Positions 19,915-29,667 of a stretch of DNA of 64,000 nt are shown here, in pieces (position 1 is the first letter of the stretch; every line of letters begins with the position of its first letter). A program made the position numbers and the translations under genes. This stretch comes from a virus: positions 64,001 through 128,000 of IMG/VR virus record IMGVR_UViG_3300023110_001773. One strand, given 5' to 3'. The notes beneath the pieces were generated by a model that was not told the origin of the DNA, did no database searches, and saw nothing but the letters and a program-made list of their open reading frames with translations.

Positions 19915-20142
19915 CTAAAATGTTCCACCATCTAGCGAATCTACCTGAGCGCCAGGTATAGTGGCACTAGAATTAAGATTATTTAAATCCGCTCTGAGAT
20001 GTTCTATTCCTCCCTGAGTAGTACCATCGTGTACTACCAGAGCCTTTTTGGTTGTGTTGATAGTTATCTCGCCCTCTGCACCAGTAAAACTGGCGTGTTG
20101 GGTCGTAGTACCTCTTTTAAACTGAACTTGCGTGCCAGCCAT
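19915..20142 (-). CDS. Small Mtd_N-like domain protein
   Basis: QVQFKRGTT.QH.SFTGAEGEIT...HDG.T.GG; ends LDGGTF. Confidence 0.65.
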   Translation of the reverse strand: MAGTQVQFKRGTTTQHASFTGAEGEITINTTKKALVVHDGTTQGGIEHLRADLNNLNSSATIPGAQVDSLDGGTF

Positions 20143-20154
20143 CTCTCTTTACCC

Positions 20155-20463
20155 TTATGATAATGCGCCCAAATCTTCGGTTGCTAAAGTACCAGTAGGT
20201 GTCGTTTTGCAATCAAAACTATTTTCAATAATTACTCCAAAAGCATCTGAATCTGGGTTGGTCAAACCACCATAGTCACCAGTTGGAAAGACTAAATTTG
20301 GATCACTTATGGAAAAATTTGCAATAGTAACAATATTATCAGCAGAGTCACGAACAAAAATCTTTTTATCAGCGGTATTTACTGCAACCTCACCCACCAC
20401 CAAATCACTGGTAGTTGGTAAAGAAGATGCAGTTTCGCTTCTTTTTAATTTAATCGTTGCCAC
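20155..20463 (-). CDS. Small fibre adaptor (IKLKRS...GEVAVN domain)
   Basis: GTG start; MATIKLKRS..P...L..GEVAVNTAD.KIF; contains DYG and DLG motifs. Confidence 0.6.
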   Translation of the reverse strand: MATIKLKRSETASSLPTTSDLVVGEVAVNTADKKIFVRDSADNIVTIANFSISDPNLVFPTGDYGGLTNPDSDAFGVIIENSFDCKTTPTGTLATEDLGALS

Positions 20464-20719
20464 TTATCTCTCCAGCAGAAAAATTAGCAGGTTGTTTTTT
20501 AAATTGACTTGGAGGAGAAACTTTCGGTGTTTTTTCTTCAACCTTTTTTGGTTGTACTAAAACCTTTTCCTCTGTCTCTTTATTTTCAACCGTCTCCAAT
20601 CTAGTTAGTTTTAAATTTGCAAACTCTAATTGAGATTTCAACAAAATGTTTTCTTGTTGTAACTCATTTACTTTAGTAGCCAATTTGTTCACATAAGTTT
20701 GTAAAAATTCTTCATCCAT
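20450..20719 (-). CDS. Hypothetical coiled-coil protein
   Basis: 89 aa with a heptad pattern in the N-terminal half. Confidence 0.55.
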   Translation of the reverse strand: MDEEFLQTYVNKLATKVNELQQENILLKSQLEFANLKLTRLETVENKETEEKVLVQPKKVEEKTPKVSPPSQFKKQPANFSAGEISGND

Positions 20720-20770
20720 TATATGTCTCCATAATATTAATGGGGGGATAAACTCCCCCCGTCAATTTAA

Positions 20771-22159
20771 TTAGTAAGAACCGCCATCAATAGCAAGTTC
20801 TACCCACTCTGGTGTCCCATTGTTAGAACGTAGGTAGTAACCATCAGCTCCAGCAGCAGTAGCCTGAATTGCACCAGTACCGTTACCAAAAAGAATACCG
20901 TTGCTGGTCAGTGTAGTAGCACCAGTACCACCATCGGCAACTGCGATTGCGGCAGACAGACCAGAAACAGTACCACTGGTCAAGTTGCCTTCGATGTTAG
21001 CAACCAATGTTGCAACTGCATAACCAGTTGAACCAGTGTCTACTGTAGTAGTAGGAGCAGACTGAGAGTCCTTAAACAGTTTCCACTTACCACTGTCAGA
21101 CGCATCACGGAACAGACCAGCGTACAGGTCTTGTGAACCAGATGTGTCATACAGACCGTAGAAACCAACGTCCACTGAGTCGGATGAATTGTTGCCAGAA
21201 GCCAACTTGAACAGCGGGTCAGTAACGTCCAAGTTTGTGGTGTTTACTGTGGTAGTTGTACCGTTTACAGTAAGGTTACCAGAAACCGTCAAGTTACCAC
21301 CAACAGTCGGGTTAGTTGCAAGACCAACCGTGACTTGGTTGTTAGAAACCGCAGTTGTTACTTCGTTCGCAGTACCAGCAAAGGTAAGAGTCTCACCACC
21401 GTTTACCGTATCAGTTGTACCACTGTCAGCAGCGACATCAAAAGACGTTGCAATCGCAGCGGTAGTTGCAGCAGTGATACGACCCTGTGCATCAACCGTG
21501 ATTACGGGAACAGCAGTTGTAGAACCGTAAGATGAGGCAGTAACACCAGAAGCAGGCATACTGATTTGACCGCCAGACTTAGAAAGAGTGGAGTCAACAC
21601 TAATTGCAGCCTGTGCTCTTGCGTCTGTGTAGTAGAGGTTAGTAGAACCTTCTGCTAGGTCATCGGTATCGTTGTCAGAAAAATCGTCAGCATCAGCAGC
21701 AGGAGCCCAACTTGTACCATTGTACTTCAGTACTTGACCAGAAGTCGCACCAGATGTTGAAACGTCACTAAGGTTGTCAATTGCAATGGTGATATCAGCA
21801 GAACCATCGAAAGACTGACCAGCGATGTTACGAGCAGTTTCCAAAACTGTTGCATCTGAAGCAGTACCATTTAGGTCAGCAGTAATAGTACCAGCAGAGA
21901 AGTTACCAGAACCATCTCTCTTGACAATCTTACTTGCAGTATTTGCATCAGTAGCACCATCTACTGCATCGGTATAGTACTTACCACCGATTGCATGAAT
22001 AACCTGTTGTGAACCAGAATCAAGAGACTCAATGTACAGTTTGGCGCCCGCACCATCTCCAGACTGATCTTCTGCATAAGCAAGTTCTCCCTGCACCAAA
22101 TCACTGGTGCCTGGAGCAGCGCTTCCACTCGATCTTTTGATTTGAATTGTTGTTGCCAT
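20771..22159 (-). CDS. Fibre protein (IQIKRS N-domain, T/G/A-rich modules, ends IDGGSY)
   Basis: MATTIQIKRS...GELAY, AIGGKY, VTASSYGS.T.VP.ITVDAQGRIT fibre repeats. Confidence 0.7.
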   Translation of the reverse strand: MATTIQIKRSSGSAAPGTSDLVQGELAYAEDQSGDGAGAKLYIESLDSGSQQVIHAIGGKYYTDAVDGATDANTASKIVKRDGSGNFSAGTITADLNGTASDATVLETARNIAGQSFDGSADITIAIDNLSDVSTSGATSGQVLKYNGTSWAPAADADDFSDNDTDDLAEGSTNLYYTDARAQAAISVDSTLSKSGGQISMPASGVTASSYGSTTAVPVITVDAQGRITAATTAAIATSFDVAADSGTTDTVNGGETLTFAGTANEVTTAVSNNQVTVGLATNPTVGGNLTVSGNLTVNGTTTTVNTTNLDVTDPLFKLASGNNSSDSVDVGFYGLYDTSGSQDLYAGLFRDASDSGKWKLFKDSQSAPTTTVDTGSTGYAVATLVANIEGNLTSGTVSGLSAAIAVADGGTGATTLTSNGILFGNGTGAIQATAAGADGYYLRSNNGTPEWVELAIDGGSY

Positions 22160-22201
22160 TTAGTTTCTCCCAATTAAGGTTTGTTTTTTGTTATCTAAAA
22201 T

Positions 22202-22432
22202 TTAAAAAGTTCCACCATCAATACTGTTTACTTGGACATCTGCCGAAGTCAGTGGAGCAGCTTCCCAATTTCCTGAAGCGGCATTATAAACAAGAGTCTC
22301 TCCATCCTGTGCGTCAGTAACATCAACACCAGCAAGACCTTCTATTCTAGTAGAAGTCTGAGTTTTAGAGTTAGTAGTAGTAGTAACTCTTTTTGTAGAT
22401 GTGGGCGTATTAACCCTTACTCTGACTACCAT
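22202..22432 (-). CDS. Small fibre adaptor ending IDGGTF
   Basis: 76 aa; L.GVD....DG.TLVYN...GNW motif. Confidence 0.6.
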   Translation of the reverse strand: MVVRVRVNTPTSTKRVTTTTNSKTQTSTRIEGLAGVDVTDAQDGETLVYNAASGNWEAAPLTSADVQVNSIDGGTF

Positions 22433-22758
22433 TACCTAGTTACCTCTGGGGTTACTGTAATAATGCCTTCTAATATCCTCAGTGTTTCCGAGGGGTCTTC
22501 AATTTCTAAATCATAAACATATCTACCAGCTTTCAAAGCACTTGTTTGTGCTGAAGTTAAACTCATTGTAACTTCTCCAGTCAAATCAACTTTGCTCGTT
22601 GTAAAAGCTGTATAAGTATTAGTATAATAACTCTTTCTAAGTTGAGCTCTAGGAGTATATAAAGACAAGTCTTTTGGACTCCCATCATCATTAGTTAGGT
22701 CAATCGACAAGGCAAAAGTTGTTCCCTGATCAATTACCAAATTTTGTACAGTAGCCAT
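22432..22758 (-). CDS. Conserved virion protein (BppU-N-like Ig fold)
   Basis: NL.IDQG.TF, AQLRKSY, LT..QT..L..GRYVYD.EI, RILEG.ITVTP.VTR. Confidence 0.65.
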   Translation of the reverse strand: MATVQNLVIDQGTTFALSIDLTNDDGSPKDLSLYTPRAQLRKSYYTNTYTAFTTSKVDLTGEVTMSLTSAQTSALKAGRYVYDLEIEDPSETLRILEGIITVTPEVTR

Positions 22759-22781
22759 TTATGATTCCATCTTTTACAAGT

Positions 22782-22789
22782 TATTTATA
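22782..22789 (-). promoter_or_regulatory. T4 late promoter (fibre/neck operon)
   Basis: Exact TATAAATA in the short divergent gap between 22758(-) and 22804(+). Confidence 0.8.
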
Positions 22790-22803
22790 AGAAAAAGAAA
22801 CTT

Positions 22804-23532
22804 ATGAAATCCGTGATAACATTGAAGTTTGGAGACAAATATAACTCCAACGATGTCAATTGTATTTATGATAATTCAAATATTTACAGACATGTCTGTA
22901 TCACAGACGATCCAGCAGGATTAAATCCCAACATAGAAATTATACCAATAGATTCTGATACCGATGGATGTTGGGAAAAAATAAAAATTTTCAAGAATGA
23001 TTGGGTTGGGGATTGCCTCTATCTAGACTTAGATGTTATAATACAGGGTAGTTTAGATAGGTTGTTTAATCACTGTTCAACACCGACAATATGTTATTGC
23101 TATTGGAAAAATAAAGATACTCATGAAACCAAGAATAGAAGATACCAACGAGAGATGCCATACCTTGGAAATGGACTATCAACTGATCCGTGGATGCAAA
23201 AATGGAAAGGTCTTTATAATTCCAGCGTAATGGTTTGGAATGGGAATGATGCAAGATACATTTACGATCATTTTGAAAAAAATGATGAATATTTCATGAC
23301 TAAATATTGTGGTGATGATAGATTTTTATATCATGAAAATATGTTTGACAATGTATTTCCAAAAGGATTAATCTATTCGTTGACGGGAGGCGTAGATTTA
23401 GACACGGACGTATCTCCAAGAGGGTATCAAATAAAACCAGACTATCCAATAGTTTTGTTAAACGGTAACGAACCAAAAGAAGAATTGAGAAAAAAATATT
23501 ATGATGCACTTTCTCTGCATGAAATGGGGTAA
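22804..23532 (+). CDS. Glycosyltransferase-like protein (GT-A fold, DxD)
   Basis: LKFGDKY...VN, CITDD, W.KI..F, LYLDLDVII, NSSVMVW, GDD.FL. Confidence 0.75.
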   Translation: MKSVITLKFGDKYNSNDVNCIYDNSNIYRHVCITDDPAGLNPNIEIIPIDSDTDGCWEKIKIFKNDWVGDCLYLDLDVIIQGSLDRLFNHCSTPTICYCYWKNKDTHETKNRRYQREMPYLGNGLSTDPWMQKWKGLYNSSVMVWNGNDARYIYDHFEKNDEYFMTKYCGDDRFLYHENMFDNVFPKGLIYSLTGGVDLDTDVSPRGYQIKPDYPIVLLNGNEPKEELRKKYYDALSLHEMG

Positions 23533-26224
23533 CAAATACTCGGCAGAATATGTAAACAATTTACGCAAGATGGTTCAACAGAACTATACGAAACGCCACA
23601 AGTTTATTTGTTATACCGATGACCCAGATGGAATAGACAAAAATATAACCATTAGATCAATTCCCAGAGTTGACCCACTTCATCCAGACTATTGGTTTGG
23701 CAAAGAGAACTGGTGTTGGGATAGGTCGAAATTCTTAGTATTAAACTCTCACCGATGGTTAAAAACCAAGGGGCCTTTTTGTTATTTAGATTTGGATGTT
23801 GTAATTCAAAACAACATCGATGAAATCTTTGATCTTTCATCTACTCCTCACATGTTGTATTCTCACTGGGAAGACCCCAGAGTACTAAAAGACAGACGTT
23901 TCACTGACATTAGAGGTAGTCTGTACAATTCTAGCGTGATGTTGTGGTGCAATGATGAGGGAGAAAAAATTTACAATGATGTTCTAAAACACAAGAACAC
24001 CGTATTTAAAACCTTTTGGAAGGGAACCGATAACTATTATCCATATCGTGAACACGATGTGGTTGGTGATAATTATTGGTCTTTCCTTCCGTCTGATTGG
24101 GTATACTCTTACAATAGAGGACAACAATATCCAGATAATGTGACAGAACATCTGTATAGAGAAACGGCAAAGTTTTGTATATTTGATAACCCAGTTGTAC
24201 CAAGCAAAGGTCAATTCATAAAACCACATGAAGTCAAAGACTATAACATTCTTATACACTGGCATGGGAAAACTGAGTTTGAAAAACTTTGGATGCCAAA
24301 GTTTCCAGAAAATTTCTTTACTAAAAATAAACACACAGAAAGAATTGATACTCTGATAAATGATGCAAACTCTTACGATCCTTTTGTAAAACAGATTGAA
24401 TCCAGACACCTAGAAACCATCAAAGAACTTGATGGAGACTTGATTTCAATGCACAAGAAATTCTTGGCAGACTTTCCCACCGATCCATTTTTGTTGGACG
24501 GAGATGAATCTTTATACTGGAACAAAGATGTAAATGGAATCTATGATTTCTATAAGGAAAGATATGTTTACAAGATGCACAAGGTTGTCTTTGATGTTCT
24601 TATTGATAAGTTCTACAAGGACTTACCAAAAATAAAAGAGGATTGGGAAAAGTACAACGACAAGTTTGATAGCATTAAGAACTGGTCTCAGTTTGATTCT
24701 ATGACGGATGACACACTAGAAAAAAACTACATGGATCAAAAGATCGTAAGCAGACTCAGACATATGTTGGATGAGAATGATCTGACATCTTTATCAAAAC
24801 AAATGATAGAGTACTTCCCAGAGTTAGAAACTCTGAAAGAGGACACCATTCCAAATATCAAGGAAAAGTTCCCAGAGTTAGAAAAAGAAATTTCAGACTT
24901 CACATTTATTAGAAGAATAGAATCTCATCACAGAAAAATAATTAAAGAGATATATGAAACTGGTGATATGATTTCTATGCACAAAAAGTTTTTGGCTGAT
25001 TTTCCAGAAGACAAGATATTGCAGAACGGAGATCAATCACTGTATTGGAATAAAAACGTTGATGGAATCTATGACTTCTATAAAGAAAGGTATATATCCA
25101 GACAACACAAAATTGTTTATGAAGAAGCAAAAGAATATGGGCCGGTGAGATACTTCTGGAACATCAGCTGGCTACAGTGTTTTGCACTGTATCGTAGACT
25201 GTGGCATAAAAATGAACTGCCAAAAATAAAAAAAGAGTTCATGAAAAATGTTAGAATGTATGGGATGCAAAGATTATTCTGGGATGCAGATGACGGTGAC
25301 ATCCAGAGTTTATACCGCAGATACTACATAGACAATCTAAAAGAGTTGTTCTACAAACAAGATTATGAAGCAGTATTTGAAAGACTGTATAACATCATGC
25401 CAAAGGATGAACTTTTGGGAATCTTGAAACAAGATAACATATCAGACGATACTCTAGTTAAGTATTTCCAAATGCATGGGGAACAGTACTCTGATATGTA
25501 TCGAGGACTATATGAAGATGGAGCCCCAGAAGGAGCCTTGGTTCAATTAAGTAGCAAAAGAAACGATACCAATGACCCGTACAATGATTTATTCTTAACA
25601 GAAAACGAACATACAATCTCATCTATCAGAAAGATTTTCGATAGGTATAGAGTCAATTGGGTTACGCTTATGTGTGAATTGTCAGACCCTACCAAATCAG
25701 AACACTTTGAGGAAATCTGTAAATACTTCCAAGACAATGGGATTACCGTTACGGTTCAAACATATGATCAAACGTTTATCAAACCAACTTGGGTTGATAA
25801 AATAGAATATATCGATCATCCGCAACAGACGGAAAACATTCCCATAGTACAAGAAACTATCGCCAGTGACATCCCCGTAAACTTGGAAACGTTAAAGATG
25901 TTCAAACAAAAGGACGAGGTTCGTAGACCAAAACCAAAGGCGAAGAAGTCCGAGGCAGTCTGGTGCGATGCAAGAAAGAGTGGATATTTTTATGTTAGTG
26001 CTGACAGTGGCGCATATCCGTGTGCCTATATAGCAAGAGATGTATTAGAAAGTAGATTATTACCCTATCATCCACTTGACTACACATACAATTCGCAGTA
26101 TAATAGTTTAAAGAATTTTACTGTTGGCGAGATAATTTATAGTAACGACTTTGAAAATGTTAGTCAGAGTTTAAAAAGAAACCCCCTGACTATTTGTAAT
26201 AAAAAATGCGGAGGGTGTAAGTGA
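23501..26224 (+). CDS. Multidomain protein: GT-A domain, duplicated helical repeat, degenerate radical-SAM/SPASM-like C-terminus
   Basis: CMKWGNKY, CYTDD, YLDLDVVI, NSSVM; 53-aa internal duplication; C-terminal WC...YVSAD..AYPC...IC.KKCGGC. Confidence 0.65.
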   Translation: MMHFLCMKWGNKYSAEYVNNLRKMVQQNYTKRHKFICYTDDPDGIDKNITIRSIPRVDPLHPDYWFGKENWCWDRSKFLVLNSHRWLKTKGPFCYLDLDVVIQNNIDEIFDLSSTPHMLYSHWEDPRVLKDRRFTDIRGSLYNSSVMLWCNDEGEKIYNDVLKHKNTVFKTFWKGTDNYYPYREHDVVGDNYWSFLPSDWVYSYNRGQQYPDNVTEHLYRETAKFCIFDNPVVPSKGQFIKPHEVKDYNILIHWHGKTEFEKLWMPKFPENFFTKNKHTERIDTLINDANSYDPFVKQIESRHLETIKELDGDLISMHKKFLADFPTDPFLLDGDESLYWNKDVNGIYDFYKERYVYKMHKVVFDVLIDKFYKDLPKIKEDWEKYNDKFDSIKNWSQFDSMTDDTLEKNYMDQKIVSRLRHMLDENDLTSLSKQMIEYFPELETLKEDTIPNIKEKFPELEKEISDFTFIRRIESHHRKIIKEIYETGDMISMHKKFLADFPEDKILQNGDQSLYWNKNVDGIYDFYKERYISRQHKIVYEEAKEYGPVRYFWNISWLQCFALYRRLWHKNELPKIKKEFMKNVRMYGMQRLFWDADDGDIQSLYRRYYIDNLKELFYKQDYEAVFERLYNIMPKDELLGILKQDNISDDTLVKYFQMHGEQYSDMYRGLYEDGAPEGALVQLSSKRNDTNDPYNDLFLTENEHTISSIRKIFDRYRVNWVTLMCELSDPTKSEHFEEICKYFQDNGITVTVQTYDQTFIKPTWVDKIEYIDHPQQTENIPIVQETIASDIPVNLETLKMFKQKDEVRRPKPKAKKSEAVWCDARKSGYFYVSADSGAYPCAYIARDVLESRLLPYHPLDYTYNSQYNSLKNFTVGEIIYSNDFENVSQSLKRNPLTICNKKCGGCK
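24434..25120 (+). repeat. In-frame 159-bp / 53-aa duplication (24434-24592 and 24962-25120)
   Basis: GDLISMHKKFLADFP..GDESLYWNKDVNGIYDFYKERY versus GDMISMHKKFLADFP..GDQSLYWNKNVDGIYDFYKERY. Confidence 0.9.
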
Positions 26225-27039
26225 GAGTAAATTATGTATGTTGCAAGTGGGGAACAAAGTATGGCCCGCACTTCGTCAACAGATTAAAAGAAATGGCGAA
26301 AAGAAACACGCCAGAAGAATTTGAATTTTATTTTTATTGTTACACGGACAATTCAGATGGATTTGACTCTGACATCAATGTTATACCATTTCCTGATATT
26401 CCTAATATTCATCCTAAGTATTGGTTTGGGACTGAAGATTTTAAGTATGGTATGGCACGTTGCTGGGATCGTCCTAAAACTTTTGTTTTCAATACTCATA
26501 ATTTTGCTGACGATAAACCTACTGGGCGCTTTGTTTTTTTTGATCTTGATGTTATTATCCAAGGTGATCTTACACCTGTCCTAACATACAACATGGAAAG
26601 ACCCACTAAGATGAAGTCTTGGTGGCAAGACCCAAGACCGATGACCACACGGCAATTTAAATTGGCCCACGGTGCATATACGAATGGTTCTTGTCAAGTG
26701 TGGTCAGATGATCAGTGTGAGTGTATCTGGAATGATGTATTAGAGAATCAAGAAAAAATTTGGTTCACATACACCGATGGAACCGACAACTATCACTCTT
26801 GGAAATGGGGTAGGTACGGCGAAGACTTGTGGGATCACTTCCCTTCTTGGATGGCATACTCATATAACCGTGGTAGGTCATGGGATGAAGATGATTTGAA
26901 CGTTGGAATCTACAGACCAAACTGTATCATATGTGTGTTCAATGTTGATCTTTTGCCTTTTGAAGACAAAAGTAGAGGTCACACAAAACAAGATGAACTC
27001 GCAGACCCTCAACTACTAAAACATTGGACTGGTGAATGA
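26221..27039 (+). CDS. Glycosyltransferase-like protein (GT-A, DxD)
   Basis: CCKWGTKY...FVNRL, CYTD, FFDLDVII, NGSCQVW; paralogous to the 23501 N-domain (HP.YWFG, CWDR.K). Confidence 0.78.
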   Translation: MRVNYVCCKWGTKYGPHFVNRLKEMAKRNTPEEFEFYFYCYTDNSDGFDSDINVIPFPDIPNIHPKYWFGTEDFKYGMARCWDRPKTFVFNTHNFADDKPTGRFVFFDLDVIIQGDLTPVLTYNMERPTKMKSWWQDPRPMTTRQFKLAHGAYTNGSCQVWSDDQCECIWNDVLENQEKIWFTYTDGTDNYHSWKWGRYGEDLWDHFPSWMAYSYNRGRSWDEDDLNVGIYRPNCIICVFNVDLLPFEDKSRGHTKQDELADPQLLKHWTGE

Positions 27040-27710
27040 ATATTTACACTGTTAAATGGGGCAACAAATATATTGCTTCTCATGTAAATCAACTCTATGA
27101 GAGTTGTAAGCAACATATAAGTTGCGACTTTGACTTCTATTGTCTAACAGAAGATTCAAAAGACCTAGACCCCGCTATAAAAGTATTGTCATTTCCAGGC
27201 GGAAACAAACTAGAAAAGTGGTGGAATAAGATGTATCTGTTTGATGATACTATTGTTACACAAAAAGGCGAAAAGATGTTCTTTGACTTGGACGTAATCA
27301 TCCAAAAGAACATCGATGATATTGTAAACTATGATCCAGAAGATTGTCTGTGTTTTGTAAAAACATGGTGGCACGATCTAGAAACACAGTACAGGGACAC
27401 TAGACACATTCCACACAAGTACACTGACTTGAACTCATCTGTGTTGCGCTGGAATGACAGTCTAAATACTAGAGAACTGATCGAATATTTTAACAAGTAT
27501 AAGAAACAAATACTGTGGTACTATCGAGGCCTTGACAACTTCTTCTACAACAGAAGGGTGGTAAAAACAAAAATGTTTCCACTAGGATGGGTGTACAGTT
27601 TTAATCAGGGATATGTTTTTCCGCATGACATAGAAAGACATACATACAGAGAACTACCATATATTTGTATATTTGACTCAATGGGAAAAAGTGAAGATGT
27701 TAAATTCTAA
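27036..27710 (+). CDS. Glycosyltransferase-like protein (GT-A, DxD)
   Basis: VKWGNKY, CLTED, WWNKM.LF, FFDLDVII, NSSVLRW. Confidence 0.78.
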   Translation: MNIYTVKWGNKYIASHVNQLYESCKQHISCDFDFYCLTEDSKDLDPAIKVLSFPGGNKLEKWWNKMYLFDDTIVTQKGEKMFFDLDVIIQKNIDDIVNYDPEDCLCFVKTWWHDLETQYRDTRHIPHKYTDLNSSVLRWNDSLNTRELIEYFNKYKKQILWYYRGLDNFFYNRRVVKTKMFPLGWVYSFNQGYVFPHDIERHTYRELPYICIFDSMGKSEDVKF

Positions 27711-28380
27711 TTTTATCAACAACTATAAAAACTGGGGCGAAGCTCTACATATTATCGAAAAGAAAATGCCACATAAACTGGCAGACTTCAGACAATCTTT
27801 GTCGGAAAATAATATGGAAGCTAGTGTCTGGTGTGTAGAAGAACTAAAAAAATATCTTGAGGAGTATTACACAAAAACTGGCAACCTAAGAATTCTAATT
27901 CTAAACTCTTGGTTGGGGATTCCTATGGTTCCTCTTCTCTGTGAAAATCTAGACGTATCACAGATTCACATGGTTGACTTGGATGAAGAGTCAATCGAAC
28001 TGTCAAAAATTTTTCATAAACACTACGCCCAAGAAAAATTTGTCAACATCCGTCACTGGAATCTTGATGTACCATTTGAATTTGAAAACTTAAACAAGAT
28101 TGAAGTTGATGTGGTAATTTGTATTCATACTGAACAGATGTATCCTCTGCAAGAACTCAATGGAAAAAATGCACAAGCGGTTTATGCAGTACAGAATTCA
28201 AATGTGGTAGAAGAAATGTACGGTATCAACTGTGTCGGATCAATTGAAGAGCTGAAAGAACAGATGGGAATATCCGAAACTGGATACGAAGGAACAAAAC
28301 AACAGACATACTTCTCTTGGGAAGGAAAGAAAGAATATGATCGTTACATGATCATCGGGCAGAGAGAGGGTTTCTTTTAA
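27697..28380 (+). CDS. Class I SAM-dependent methyltransferase-like protein (motif I degenerate)
   Basis: RILILNSWLG, HMVDLDEESI, DVVICIHTEQM, QNSN, INCV; likely start at 27697. Confidence 0.55.
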   Translation: MLNSNFINNYKNWGEALHIIEKKMPHKLADFRQSLSENNMEASVWCVEELKKYLEEYYTKTGNLRILILNSWLGIPMVPLLCENLDVSQIHMVDLDEESIELSKIFHKHYAQEKFVNIRHWNLDVPFEFENLNKIEVDVVICIHTEQMYPLQELNGKNAQAVYAVQNSNVVEEMYGINCVGSIEELKEQMGISETGYEGTKQQTYFSWEGKKEYDRYMIIGQREGFF

Positions 28381-28982
28381 CCCTCGATGTCCTCTACCAT
28401 CATTTCCCACATAGTTTTGTCGGGAATAACAAACCCTATTGTTTGTCTTGGACTATTTGATCCAGCACAGTGCCAATAGGGTTCTTCCTCTTTACCACCA
28501 TAATATCCAACCTTTGCAGACCAACCAGGCTGGTCATTGATCGTTTTTATTTTACCATCTTCTAGGTGTTTAAAAAATCCACCCCCGTCACTATGAGACA
28601 GAAGTATGTTATAGCCTGGACAATCCCAGTTATTGTGCCAAGACATAAATCCACCTACGGGATAATAAACGTGGACTGCGGTAAACTTTGCACCAAGATA
28701 TGCTGATAGATTTTTGCTGAAGTCTAAAGATTTTTCTCTGGCTTCTTTTGGAACCTTTGCAGTTAGGTGAAAGTCACATACCTTAGCAAACTCTGGCGGG
28801 CCTTTATGTTTGTTTCCCTTTGACATAACTTCATTAAGATATTCTTGAGAGCAATAATATTCCATATCATTGTCTCCAATCCGTCTCTCATCAAAAGATA
28901 GATCAAAGTTTTTTTTGTTGAACCAAACAATGTAGTCTTCAAGAATCTTATTTAATTCTTGATTGATGGTTATGGTTTGCAT
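28377..28982 (-). CDS. 2OG-Fe(II) oxygenase-like (DSBH) protein
   Basis: YP.GGFMSWHNN...YWHCA....PR.TIGF (Hx[D/N]...H...R arrangement). Confidence 0.6.
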   Translation of the reverse strand: MQTITINQELNKILEDYIVWFNKKNFDLSFDERRIGDNDMEYYCSQEYLNEVMSKGNKHKGPPEFAKVCDFHLTAKVPKEAREKSLDFSKNLSAYLGAKFTAVHVYYPVGGFMSWHNNWDCPGYNILLSHSDGGGFFKHLEDGKIKTINDQPGWSAKVGYYGGKEEEPYWHCAGSNSPRQTIGFVIPDKTMWEMMVEDIEG

Positions 28983-29667
28983 TTAAAGTTACTCTTCCCA
29001 ATGTATAATGAGTGATAACAACATCTTGTCCCACAAGTTCTTCTGGTCTTTGACCCATACAAAAGTTCCATCTGGCATCTGGTTCTGGGAACTCACCAAC
29101 TTTTATTTTATCTTTGTGGTCTGTTTTATTTAGTAGATACCACATAGTAAAGGTATCCCAAGGTTTCACCATGTGCGTGTATGGACTAGGATCATAAGAT
29201 GGTTTTATTTGTTCGCAATAATACTCATACCAATCATCCATGAGGTCAACTGTTTTTGCGTTCTTTTTATAAACAAAAACACCACAGTGATAAACCATTT
29301 CTTCCGTATCATTTAGTTTTGTTATTTTAGCATTGTATGGACGATTTTTGGTAAAGATAATATCGTTGTTGCCTATAAAACCAAAGACATCTTTGATATC
29401 TTCATGTTGAATGTAAGTATCACAATCAATATACATGGTGATATCATATGGAGTTCTTGACAAAGCCCACAACTTTGTTCTAACATGATTGGGGATGTCA
29501 GTTATAATATGATCAAAGATTTCGTGGTCTTCTTCTTCAATCCATTCTTCTAGTGCGAATAAAGTTATTCTTGCTTCTGGATTAAAGTCGAGGAGCGAAA
29601 GAGCTGACTCTTTGGCGGCGAGATAATATTCTTTTCTCACCGTTGCAACGTATAGATATCCGTTCAT
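28948..29667 (-). CDS. Glycosyltransferase-like protein (GT8-like, DCD)
   Basis: GYLYVA, SA.SL, RTKLWAL..TPYD.TMYIDCD, HCGVF.Y, WN, HY. Confidence 0.75.
   Translation of the reverse strand: MNGYLYVATVRKEYYLAAKESALSLLDFNPEARITLFALEEWIEEEDHEIFDHIITDIPNHVRTKLWALSRTPYDITMYIDCDTYIQHEDIKDVFGFIGNNDIIFTKNRPYNAKITKLNDTEEMVYHCGVFVYKKNAKTVDLMDDWYEYYCEQIKPSYDPSPYTHMVKPWDTFTMWYLLNKTDHKDKIKVGEFPEPDARWNFCMGQRPEELVGQDVVITHYTLGRVTLNANHNHQSRIK

Noticed and set aside
18700-20142. Diversity-generating retroelement suggested by Mtd_N-like domains
   Set aside because: No reverse transcriptase, no TR/VR pair with adenine-specific mismatches and no C-type lectin tip were seen.
20742-20760. GGGGGGA/TCCCCCC hairpin as a terminator or phase-variable tract
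   Set aside because: It is intergenic and has no U-tract. It may be a stability or processing hairpin, but there is too little evidence to call it.
22804-29667. T4-style DNA glucosylation (agt/bgt) locus
   Set aside because: The proteins are DxD GT-A type rather than GT-B, no hydroxymethylase is nearby, and the location is among structural genes. A DNA target is not formally excluded.
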